Shown: in pieces, positions 56,339 to 64,000 of the stretch
Numbering within the stretch: the first letter of the stretch is position 1
Layout: every line of letters starts with the position of its first letter
NCBI GenBank assembly: GCA_029261835.1
Contig: JAJDAO010000026.1
Location: 132,666-196,665 of the forward strand
Direction: 5' to 3'
DNA: 64,000 nt
Source: Deltaproteobacteria bacterium
GTDB taxonomy: Bacteria; Myxococcota_A; UBA9160; UBA4427
Notes under the pieces: generated by a model
Databases searched by the model: none
What the model was told of the DNA's origin: nothing
What the model saw: only the letters and a program-made list of their open reading frames with translations
Translations under genes and position numbers: made by a program

Positions 56339-57343
56339 TCAGCCGTCCAGTACGACCTGGCGCACCTTGACGCCGGCCTCGCCCAGTAGGTCGAGCGCCG
56401 TCGCCCCAAGGGGATAGCCCGCGTTGTAGACCACCTCCGACAGCCCCGCATTGATGATCAGCTTGGTGCACTGGAGGCAGGGAGAGAACGTGGTGTAGAT
56501 CGTGCCGCCTGCCAGGCTGACGCCGTGGTAGGCCGCCTGCGTGATGGCGTTCTCCTCGCCATGAGAGCACAGGCACTCGCCCAGGTTCGTACCGCCTGGC
56601 GCCAGGTTGTTGCAGCGTGGGCAGCCGCCCTCGTTGCAGTTCCGGGTGCTGCGGGGCGTGCCGTTGTAACCCGTCGAGATGATGCGCAAATCGCGCGTGA
56701 CAACGGCCGCGACCTTGCGCTTGACGCAGTTGCTGCGCGAAGCCACCACCCGAGCAATGCTCATGAAGTACTCGTCCCAGCTCGGGCGCTCGAAGAACAG
56801 CGTCTCCTTGAAGACCGACTGGATCGATTCGTACAGCTCCTCGAAGCCGCCATCGTTGCGAACGACGAACTCAGCCAGCTCTCGCACGGCGGAGAGCTGC
56901 TGCGCCACGGGATCGTCGCTGCCGCGCTCGCGCCGCTCGAAGTCATGCATCTGCTCCAGCGTCTCCGGATCGCCGGGCCGACCTCGCTGCCGCATGCGCT
57001 CGAAGCGCACCGCCAGCTCCGCGTCCACCCAGACCAGATGGAAGTCGCTCGCGCGGCGGCGGAGCACCTCCACCTCGACTGGGTGACGGACCGAATCGAT
57101 GGCGTAGTTGCGATCGGGAAGCAGCCGCCCGACGAGTCGCTCCGCCAAGACGCCCGGGCCATGCTCAGCGCGCAGCTCCCGTCCCACCTCGATCATGAGC
57201 TCACGCGTCTCCTCGAGACCGCGCCGAGCGAGCTCATCCCGAATTGCATCGGACAGCGAGAGAGCGTAGAAGCTGCGCTCCGCGAGGTACTTGATGAACT
57301 CGCCCTTGCCCGCGCCGTTGGGGCCAGAAACTCCGATGATCAT
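56339..57343 (-). CDS. P-loop nucleotide-kinase-like domain fused to dCMP/CMP deaminase domain
   Basis: N-terminal MIIGVSGPNGAGKGEF (Walker A) within a ~170-aa kinase-like fold. The C-terminal zinc deaminase has GGCPRCN...ECLCSHGEENA (H-x-E) and FSPCLQC (PCxxC). RBS GAGGAG lies 5 nt before the ATG. Confidence 0.88.
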   Translation of the reverse strand: MIIGVSGPNGAGKGEFIKYLAERSFYALSLSDAIRDELARRGLEETRELMIEVGRELRAEHGPGVLAERLVGRLLPDRNYAIDSVRHPVEVEVLRRRASDFHLVWVDAELAVRFERMRQRGRPGDPETLEQMHDFERRERGSDDPVAQQLSAVRELAEFVVRNDGGFEELYESIQSVFKETLFFERPSWDEYFMSIARVVASRSNCVKRKVAAVVTRDLRIISTGYNGTPRSTRNCNEGGCPRCNNLAPGGTNLGECLCSHGEENAITQAAYHGVSLAGGTIYTTFSPCLQCTKLIINAGLSEVVYNAGYPLGATALDLLGEAGVKVRQVVLDG

Positions 57344-57371
57344 CCGGGCTCCTCGTTGCTACGGCAATCCC

Positions 57372-57535
57372 AGTGTCCTGTCTCAGAAGTTCGCCAACTA
57401 TCTCGACGACCATCCATCCTCGCTGGCTGCGTTGGGAATCCCTTGAAATATCTACGGATATTCCGGCGGTCTCCCGCCTTGCCCGCGAGGCGTCTGGGCG
57501 CCGATATAGTCGCCGGACTCCTGAGACAGGACACT
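57372..57535. repeat. 164-bp imperfect palindrome with perfect 15-bp terminal inverted repeats
   Basis: AGTGTCCTGTCTCAG (57372-57386) is the exact reverse complement of CTGAGACAGGACACT (57521-57535). The arms remain partly complementary further inward. A central palindrome AATATC-tacg-GATATT lies at 57447-57462. Confidence 0.8.
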
Positions 57536-57605
57536 AGCAGCTTGTCGGGCGACGCCGGACCCAGCCGTTTGCGTGTTGGCCACCCGTCTGGCACGTTGCG
57601 CCGCA

Positions 57606-58508
57606 ATGCGTGTCTATGTCACGGGTGGCAGCGGGTTCGTGGGACAGCGGTTGATCCCACGCCTCGTAGAGGCGGGCCACGAGGTAACCGCCAGTGACCG
57701 CGAGGTCGACGTGTCGGCGCCACGGGCCATGGCCGACGCCTTTGCTCGCGCCCGCCCCGACGCAATCGTCCATCTGGCGGCCCAGAGCTCGGTGGCGGCC
57801 TCCTGGCGCGATCCGGCCGTCGCCTACCGCGTCAACTTCCTCGGTGCGCGCAGCGTGCTGCAGGCGCTGGCGAACCAGGTGCCCCGGGCGCGACTGCTGC
57901 TCGTCGGCTCGGGCGATCAGTACGCCCCGACGCAGCCCGGTTCGCCTCCGCTGAGCGAGCGCGATTCGCTGCGACCGCGCTCGCCCTACGCCCGTAGCAA
58001 GACCGCGGCGGAGCAGCTCGGCAGCCTGGCGGCGGCGGACGGGCTCGATGTGCTGCGGATTCGTGCCTTCAACCACACGGGTGCCGGACAGAGCGTGCAA
58101 TTCGTGGCCTCCGACTTTTCGCAGCAGATCGCCGAGATCCTGGCCGGCTCTCGGCCCCCTGAGATGCGTGTGGGCAACCTGGATGCTGTACGTGACTTCC
58201 TTCACGTCGACGATGTCGTCGGCGCCTACCTCCGGCTGCTCGAGCCCGAGGCGCCCGCCGACATCTACAATGTGGCCAGCGGCGAGGGAACGAGCATCCG
58301 CAGCCTGCTCGAGACGCTCTGCGAGATCGCCAGTGTGTCGCCCAATATCGAGATCGATCCCGCGCGCTTCAGACCGACCGACTGGATGCGCGGCGACGCC
58401 GGCCGTCTGCGGCGAGTGACCGGCTGGCGCCCCGCAACGCCCTTGCGCGATGCGTTGGCCGAGCTGCTCGCCTTCTGGCGTGCGCATCCCGAGCCTCGAG
58501 CGACATGA
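57606..58508 (+). CDS. NAD-dependent sugar-nucleotide epimerase/reductase (SDR; GDP-4-keto-6-deoxymannose reductase-like)
   Basis: MRVYVTGGSGFVG Rossmann motif, the YxxxK region (SPYARSK) and an extended-SDR C-terminus. Start at ATG 57606. Confidence 0.88.
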   Translation: MRVYVTGGSGFVGQRLIPRLVEAGHEVTASDREVDVSAPRAMADAFARARPDAIVHLAAQSSVAASWRDPAVAYRVNFLGARSVLQALANQVPRARLLLVGSGDQYAPTQPGSPPLSERDSLRPRSPYARSKTAAEQLGSLAAADGLDVLRIRAFNHTGAGQSVQFVASDFSQQIAEILAGSRPPEMRVGNLDAVRDFLHVDDVVGAYLRLLEPEAPADIYNVASGEGTSIRSLLETLCEIASVSPNIEIDPARFRPTDWMRGDAGRLRRVTGWRPATPLRDALAELLAFWRAHPEPRAT

Positions 58509-58533
58509 TGAAGTGTCGGACAGGACCGCGCCG

Positions 58534-59382
58534 CTACTCTGGCGCGGACCGTTTCATCGCGAGCGAGATCCAGTCGTCGCCCCCTTCGTCGCGCAGTGAG
58601 CGTTGCTGGCTCGGCAGCAGCCCCAGCCGAGAGAAGGCGTCTACGACGACTTCGCGATCGCTGGCCAGCAGCCCGGACAGGATCGCGCAGCCGCCGCTCG
58701 CCACGGCGTCGGCAATGCCGGGCGCCATGGGCAGCATCTCGCGCCGCAGCAGGTTGACCAGTACCAGATCGAACGCGGGCGCACGCAGGGCCTCGAGCGG
58801 ACCGGCAAAGAGCCGAAGACGATCGGCGAGCCGGTTTCGCGCGGCCCAGTTCGCGGCCTCGCGCGCGGCCTCGCGATCCAGGTCGAAGGCCACCGCCGAA
58901 TCGGCCCCCAGCAGCACTGCCGCCATCGCGAGCACGCCGGTTCCCGTGCCGACGTCCAGCACGCGCGCCGGGCACGCGGATTCGTTCGTGAGCTCATCGA
59001 TCCACTGCAGCGCGAGCTCGGTAGAAGCGTGGCCGCCAGTGCCGAAGGCCTGCCCGGGATCGATCACGAGTTCGCGCTGGCCGGCGCCGAGCACGTGGCC
59101 GACGAAGGAGGGGCGCACCACCAGACGCGGCGAGATCACAATGGCCCGGAGCCCGGCCTTCCAGCCCTCCCGCCAATCCTCGGCCTCGAGCACCTCTGAC
59201 GGGCCAACGCGCATCCCCTCCGCCTCGAGCGGTGAGAGTGCCCGCAGCACGGCCCCGACGTGCTGCGAGGCGACGTAGACGATGAGCACGACGCCTTCGC
59301 CGCCCGCTCGCTCCTCCAGCCCATCGGCGCCTGCAGCCCAGGCCTCCGCCGTGGCGCGCTCAGCGAGTTCGACGCCGGGCAC
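58534..59382 (-). CDS. prmA: ribosomal protein L11 methyltransferase
   Basis: PrmA pattern (VISPRLVVRP, IDPGQAFGTGGHASTEL, VLDVGTGTGVLAMAA). GTG start. Confidence 0.9.
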   Translation of the reverse strand: MPGVELAERATAEAWAAGADGLEERAGGEGVVLIVYVASQHVGAVLRALSPLEAEGMRVGPSEVLEAEDWREGWKAGLRAIVISPRLVVRPSFVGHVLGAGQRELVIDPGQAFGTGGHASTELALQWIDELTNESACPARVLDVGTGTGVLAMAAVLLGADSAVAFDLDREAAREAANWAARNRLADRLRLFAGPLEALRAPAFDLVLVNLLRREMLPMAPGIADAVASGGCAILSGLLASDREVVVDAFSRLGLLPSQQRSLRDEGGDDWISLAMKRSAPE

Positions 59383-59410
59383 ATCCAGCCTGATTCGACG
59401 ATGCTCGGAC

Positions 59411-60445
59411 GTGGCGCCTCTCCTCTCGACCGTGCTCTGCCTGCTGCTGGGCTCCGGCTGCTACTACGGCCACCTCGCAGCGGGCCAGACCCGGCTGCTA
59501 TTGGCCCGCCGCGACGTCGAGGAGGTCGTGGCAGACCCGGAGACGTCGGACGAGCTGCGTCAGCGACTCTTCCTCGTCGAGCGGACACGCAGCTTTGCCG
59601 CACAGCTCGGCCTCACGGTGGAGGGACAGTACACGAGCTACGTGCCCTGGCCAGGAGATCGCGTGTTGACGACGCTGGTCGTCAGCGAGCCCGGCCGCGT
59701 CGAAGCGCGCCCGTTTCGCTTTCCGATCGTCGGTCGCGTTCCCTACAAGGGCTTCTTCGATCTCGAACGCGCCGAGAGAGAGGCGAGCAGATTGCAGGCA
59801 GAGGGACTCGACACTTGCCTGATTGCGGTCCCCGCCTACTCGACACTGGGTTGGTTCGACGACCCACTGACCGATCCGATGCTACACGGCGGTGACGGAC
59901 GGCTGGTGGAGACCATCATTCACGAGCTGGTTCACGCCAGTGTATTCCTGAAGAGCCAGCCGGATTTCAATGAAGGCGCGGCGAACTTCATCGGCCAGGA
60001 GGCATCTGTACGCTTTCTGGCCGACCAGCCGGAGCGGGCACGCGAGCGACGCGCCGAGGTGACCGACACGCGCCGACTCGCGGCCGAGATGATGGCCTTC
60101 CGCGAGCGCGTGCGGACGCTCTACGAACGCGTGAGCGAGACCCGCGAACGCGAGCAGCAACGCGCGCGAATCGAGCTCGATGCACGCCGACGCCTGGCCG
60201 AGCTGCCACTCGAAACCCGCGAGCCCGCGCGCCTGGCCGAGCGGGTGCGCCTCAACGACGCCTGCCTTGCGCTGCGGGGCACTTACGCGGCAGACACCCC
60301 CCGCCACGCGGCCGTGCTCGAGCACTTGCGCGGCGATCTATCCCGCTTCATCGATCGGCTCCGAGCGGCGGCCGAGGCCTCGGATCCACACGTTCGTTTC
60401 TTCTCGAGCGAGGCCGACCCGGACGCGCCCGCTACAGCACGATGA
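59411..60445 (+). CDS. predicted zinc aminopeptidase (COG4324 family), probable lipoprotein
   Basis: Family hallmarks FRFPIVGRVPYKGFF, VPAYSTLGWFDDPL and HELVHAS...FNEGAANF. Start placed at GTG 59411, giving the signal sequence APLLSTVLCLLLGSGC. The ORF maximum 59282 overlaps prmA. Confidence 0.8.
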   Translation: MAPLLSTVLCLLLGSGCYYGHLAAGQTRLLLARRDVEEVVADPETSDELRQRLFLVERTRSFAAQLGLTVEGQYTSYVPWPGDRVLTTLVVSEPGRVEARPFRFPIVGRVPYKGFFDLERAEREASRLQAEGLDTCLIAVPAYSTLGWFDDPLTDPMLHGGDGRLVETIIHELVHASVFLKSQPDFNEGAANFIGQEASVRFLADQPERARERRAEVTDTRRLAAEMMAFRERVRTLYERVSETREREQQRARIELDARRRLAELPLETREPARLAERVRLNDACLALRGTYAADTPRHAAVLEHLRGDLSRFIDRLRAAAEASDPHVRFFSSEADPDAPATAR

Positions 60446-61016
60446 CCCCGAGCTCGACCAGCCCGCGGAAGACCACCAGACAGGCCTCGCTGTCGACCAG
60501 CGCGTCGTGCGCCCCCGCGAGATCCTCGCCGACGAAATAGCGGTAGGCTTCTGCCAGCGTCGGCCACTTGTACGAGTCGTACTTGCCCGGCAGCTTGAGG
60601 ACGTCCGTCGACTCTTCCTTTGTGCAGACGAGCCGCTTGCCCTGCATGCGATCGGGCTTGTCCCCCAGCCGGTGGAGCGCCGTCAACATGACGGAGCGGT
60701 CGAAGCTCATGTTGTGAGCAACGATCACATCGGCCTGCATGCAGAGCTGGTTGAAGAGCGAGCAGGCGACGATCGGCGCGACGCCGAAGGAGCGGCAGTC
60801 CTCCTCGGAAATGCCGTGCGCCGCGAATGCCGCTGGCTCGATCGAGATTCCCTCCGCCAGCTTGACGAGCATGCAGTGACGCGACCTCGCTCGCCAGTCA
60901 TCGGTTTCGACGAGCAGCATCCCGAGCTGGATCAAACTGGGCTGGCTGGCGTGCTCCGGCGGGAGCTTCCACTTCACCATGTCCGTCGTCTCGGTGTCGA
61001 AGATGAGTGCCTTCAT
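60432..61016 (-). CDS. DEDDh 3'-5' exonuclease (DnaQ-like, stand-alone)
   Basis: Exo I (FDTETTD), Exo II (VAHNMSFD) and Exo III (HDALVDSE). Start at ATG 61016. The 3' end overlaps the convergent aminopeptidase gene by 14 nt. Confidence 0.88.
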   Translation of the reverse strand: MKALIFDTETTDMVKWKLPPEHASQPSLIQLGMLLVETDDWRARSRHCMLVKLAEGISIEPAAFAAHGISEEDCRSFGVAPIVACSLFNQLCMQADVIVAHNMSFDRSVMLTALHRLGDKPDRMQGKRLVCTKEESTDVLKLPGKYDSYKWPTLAEAYRYFVGEDLAGAHDALVDSEACLVVFRGLVELGVIVL

Positions 61017-61243
61017 CTCTTCCCGACTCCCCTGTATCACAAGCTCGTACGCGCGTGTCGCGCCACGGATCCCGCTGGTGACTGATCTCAGCATACCCGA
61101 CAGCGCGACGAAGTCCGAGCCGAGCCGACTTCCGAGCTGCCGCCCACTGCCCCACGGCGGATCGAGCGCCTTTTCTTTGCCGGCGCGATGGGCTTTACTG
61201 ACGCTCGTCCTCGCGCCAGCGAGGGCGCATAGGAGGACCCCCG

Positions 61244-62068
61244 ATGTTTCGTCACGCTCTCGCCGGTGCTCTCTCCCGCTCGCTCTTCGCCATTTGCACG
61301 GCGGGGCTCCTCGTCTGTCCCGGCCTCGTCAGCGCAGAGCCGCTGACGGGACGACAGATCATGGAGTGGGTCGAGGAACGGGACGATGGCGACAACGGCA
61401 TCTCGGACCTGGAGATGATCCTGATCGACAAGCGCGGCAAAGAGCGCGTGCGCGAGATCCGCTCCTTTAGCAAGGACAAGGGCGAGGACGAACTCGGCAT
61501 CATGTTCTTTCTTTCGCCCGCGGATGTAAAGAATACCGGCTTCCTCACCTACGACTATGACGATCCGGAACGAGATGACGACCAGTGGCTCTACCTGCCC
61601 GCGCTGAAGAAGACCAAGCGAATCGCGGCCGGTGACAAGAGCGGCAGCTTCATGGGCTCAGATTTCACGTACTCCGACATGGCCTCGCGAATCCTGGACC
61701 GTTACGAATACAGCCTGATGAAGGAGACCGAGATAAACGGAGTCAAAGTCTGGCAGGTCGAGTCAATCCCGAATGAGAAGGAGATCAAAGAGACCGGCTA
61801 CACCAAGTCGGTGGTGTTCGTGCGACAGGACAACCACGTCGTGATCCGCGCCCTCAACTGGGTCAAGAAGGGCAAGCGGCTCAAGTACATGGAGGTCAAG
61901 AAGCTCGAGCAGATCGATGGGATCTGGGTGCCGACCGAACTCACCATGACGACCAAGAAGGCCAAGACGACCCTCCACAAGACCGTCATCCGCTTCAGCA
62001 ATGTGAAATTCAACCAGGATCTCGACGAACCGATGTTCAGCGTGCGCAGACTCGAGAAGGGACTCTAG
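61244..62068 (+). CDS. LolA-like outer-membrane lipoprotein-sorting-family protein
   Basis: Signal peptide, then the family pattern (RSFSKDKGEDELGIMFFLSPADVKNTGFLTYDY...DDQWLYLPALKKTKRIAAGDKSGSFMGSDFTYSDM). RBS AGGAGG. Confidence 0.8.
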   Translation: MFRHALAGALSRSLFAICTAGLLVCPGLVSAEPLTGRQIMEWVEERDDGDNGISDLEMILIDKRGKERVREIRSFSKDKGEDELGIMFFLSPADVKNTGFLTYDYDDPERDDDQWLYLPALKKTKRIAAGDKSGSFMGSDFTYSDMASRILDRYEYSLMKETEINGVKVWQVESIPNEKEIKETGYTKSVVFVRQDNHVVIRALNWVKKGKRLKYMEVKKLEQIDGIWVPTELTMTTKKAKTTLHKTVIRFSNVKFNQDLDEPMFSVRRLEKGL

Positions 62069-62135
62069 CCTGAGTAATTCGTAACTGAGCCGGGCTAGGG
62101 CCGAGTTCGAGCTGCCGACGGAGAACACAACCGCC

Positions 62136-64000
62136 GTGACCCGCCGCCGTGCCATCGTCAATCATGTGATGCTGCTTGCCGGGCTCGTGCTCTGGTCGCT
62201 GCCGGCCTCGCTCGCGGCCCAGGCCCAGAATGCGAGCCAGCCGGTTGGTCGCCGCGCGGCGCAGCGATCCGCGCCAGCTTCCGCCCGCACTCTGCTCGGG
62301 GTCGAGGTCAGCGAATCGCACGGTGGCGTCGTCGTGCAGGTGCGCGCTGATGGGACCCTCGCCTCCGTGGTGATCTTTCCGCTCCGGAGCCCGGACCGAC
62401 TCGTGATCGATCTGCCGGGGGTCGGCAACCAAGTCCCGGCGAGGCGGATCGCCGTGCCGGGTGATCACATCGCGCGCGTCCGCGTCGGCTCGCATCCGGA
62501 CAAGACCCGCATCGTGTTGGATGCCGGCCCGGCCGCGAACGGCTTTCGCGAGCGTCGCGTGATACGAACCGCCGACGGCTTCAATCTGGCGCTGGGTCCT
62601 CGAGCCGCAGCCGCGACCGCGGCCACGAGCGGACTCGGGGTGGCGCTCGCGACCCGCCCGCCGAAGATCAAGACGGAGCCGCCCCCGGCGCTCAAGAAGC
62701 CGCCCGGACCAGAGCCGAGCGCAACCACGGGCGACGAGTCGGAACAAGCGCTTGCGATTGTCGGTGACGGTGCGCCGGATCCCGAGCTCGACGATGCACT
62801 TGGCGGCTTCGACGACGATGCGGCCGACTCCGAACTCGACGATGCTCTGGGTGGCTTCGGAGAGGATGAGCCGAGACACGCAACGGCGGCGACCGATCTC
62901 GCGAGCACGCACCCGGAGCAGCGACGCAGCTACGATCTCACCGGCAGTGTGAGTCTCGGCAGCTCGTTGAATCTCCGTTCACACTATGCCTCGGTCAACC
63001 CGGATCCCGCGGCCCAGAATGGGACTCCCTACGGCAACGTCCAGCGCCTGCGATTGCGCGGCGATCTGCAGCTCGATCTGCACGAACTGCCCTTCGGCTG
63101 GCGGGCGTGCGGGCAGGCATTCGCCTTCTACGACCTCGCCTACGCGCTGCATGGCCGATCCGAGTACACACGCCATGTGCTCGAGGACTATGAGTATCAG
63201 TATGAGGTACTCGATCTCTGGCTTGCGGGACCGCTGCTCGACAACCTCGACCTCAAGGTGGGCCGCCAGGTAGTCAACTGGGGGCGCTCAGACACGCTGC
63301 GCGTGACGGACGTCCTGAACCCGCTCAACAACCGCGAGCCCGGCCTGGTGGACATCGAGGATCTGCGCTTACCCGTAACCATGGTCAAGGCGGACTACTA
63401 CTGGCGCCAGTGGAGCTTCACGGCACTGCTCATCCCCGAGATCCGCTACGACTACAACCCGGCGGTCGGGAGTGACTTCTACCCGAGCTTCAACCTGTCC
63501 GACCTGCACCCGTCGGCGATGCCCTTTGTCCTCCTGAATGTCGCCGCGTTCCAGGCCGGCGTACGCGGCGAACCAGCGAGTCGCCGCACCTCGCGCTGGC
63601 GGTCACCGCCGGAGTACGGCGGCGCCATCACCGGCATCTTCAGCGGCTGGGACATCTCGCTCTACGCCGCGAGCACGTACCAGAACCAAACGACGGTCGT
63701 GCTGAATATCCCCGACCTGTCTCAGCCGATCTTCGAAGACGACGACCGAGTCACGATGGTCGGGGCGGGCGGGAACTACACCCTCGGAAGCTGGCTCTTC
63801 AAGGCCGAGCTCGCCTACCTCGATGACCTCCACTACGCCTACTTGACTTCGGCTCCTGGGTCTCCGGGTTTCGCCGTCGTCCACCGCGACAAGTCACGCC
63901 TGGACGTCATGGGGGGCGTCGAGTACTACGGATTCCACGACACGACCATTGCCCTGGAGATCGTGAACCGCCACCTCTTCGACTACGACCCTCTGCTCAA
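62136..64000 (+). CDS. AMIN-domain / acidic-repeat / DUF1302-like outer-membrane beta-barrel protein (3' end outside the window)
   Basis: Absent from the ORF track because there is no stop before the window end. The frame is open from 62085 to 64000. Start is GTG 62136 (TRRRAIVNHVMLLAGLVLWSLPASLAAQA) or ATG 62169. AMIN pattern present (RLVIDLPGV...ARVRVGSHPDKTRIVLD). Barrel motif KVGRQVVNWGRSDTLRVTDVLNPLN. Confidence 0.75.
   Translation, partial: MTRRRAIVNHVMLLAGLVLWSLPASLAAQAQNASQPVGRRAAQRSAPASARTLLGVEVSESHGGVVVQVRADGTLASVVIFPLRSPDRLVIDLPGVGNQVPARRIAVPGDHIARVRVGSHPDKTRIVLDAGPAANGFRERRVIRTADGFNLALGPRAAAATAATSGLGVALATRPPKIKTEPPPALKKPPGPEPSATTGDESEQALAIVGDGAPDPELDDALGGFDDDAADSELDDALGGFGEDEPRHATAATDLASTHPEQRRSYDLTGSVSLGSSLNLRSHYASVNPDPAAQNGTPYGNVQRLRLRGDLQLDLHELPFGWRACGQAFAFYDLAYALHGRSEYTRHVLEDYEYQYEVLDLWLAGPLLDNLDLKVGRQVVNWGRSDTLRVTDVLNPLNNREPGLVDIEDLRLPVTMVKADYYWRQWSFTALLIPEIRYDYNPAVGSDFYPSFNLSDLHPSAMPFVLLNVAAFQAGVRGEPASRRTSRWRSPPEYGGAITGIFSGWDISLYAASTYQNQTTVVLNIPDLSQPIFEDDDRVTMVGAGGNYTLGSWLFKAELAYLDDLHYAYLTSAPGSPGFAVVHRDKSRLDVMGGVEYYGFHDTTIALEIVNRHLFDYDPLL
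62784..62867 (+). repeat. in-frame tandem repeat encoding ELDDALGGF(D/G)(D/E)D twice, period 48 nt
   Basis: gagctcgacgatgcacttggcggcttcgacgacgat (62784-62819) and gaactcgacgatgctctgggtggcttcggagaggat (62832-62867). Confidence 0.7.

Overview
GC-rich bacterial chromosomal segment (third codon positions are almost all G/C) with about 50 genes, all but five on the minus strand and many joined by 4-bp start/stop overlaps. The gene content suggests a Myxococcota/deltaproteobacteria-like organism; this is inference only. Supporting genes are an MglA-family GTPase, a PATAN/DUF4388 protein, many REC/GAF/His-kinase proteins, cdaA-cdaR-glmM, a Stealth protein, a COG4324 aminopeptidase and a LolA-like + DUF1302 pair. 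Most of the window is core metabolism: dnaE, guaA, guaB, miaB, ribBA, era, rnc, mnmA with a cysteine desulfurase, aspartokinase, tsaE, nnr, glmM, folP, ftsH, tilS and prmA. There is also a B12-dependent acyl-CoA mutase / ketogenic block (meaB, methylmalonyl-CoA mutase, icmF, MerR regulator, HMG-CoA lyase, hbd, thiolase). I saw no CRISPR array, transposase, integrase or prophage. The best candidates for something undescribed are four. (1) A compact P-loop-kinase::dCMP-deaminase fusion (56339-57343) with the architecture of anti-phage dCTP deaminases/AvcD, directly flanked by a 164-bp imperfect palindrome with perfect 15-bp termini (57372-57535). (2) A near-consensus orphan sigma70-type promoter driving a roughly 180-245 nt structured non-coding region (13242-13520). 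(3) A three-gene signalling operon (7592-11470) whose middle protein ends in a P-loop-less MglA/Ras-like domain, with an orphan MglA-family GTPase 8 kb away. (4) A sensor kinase with a periplasmic CXXCH haem-c motif, paired with a PhnD-like binding protein. Family calls come from motif recognition by eye, and start codons are often uncertain because the ORF track reports maximal ORFs including GTG starts.
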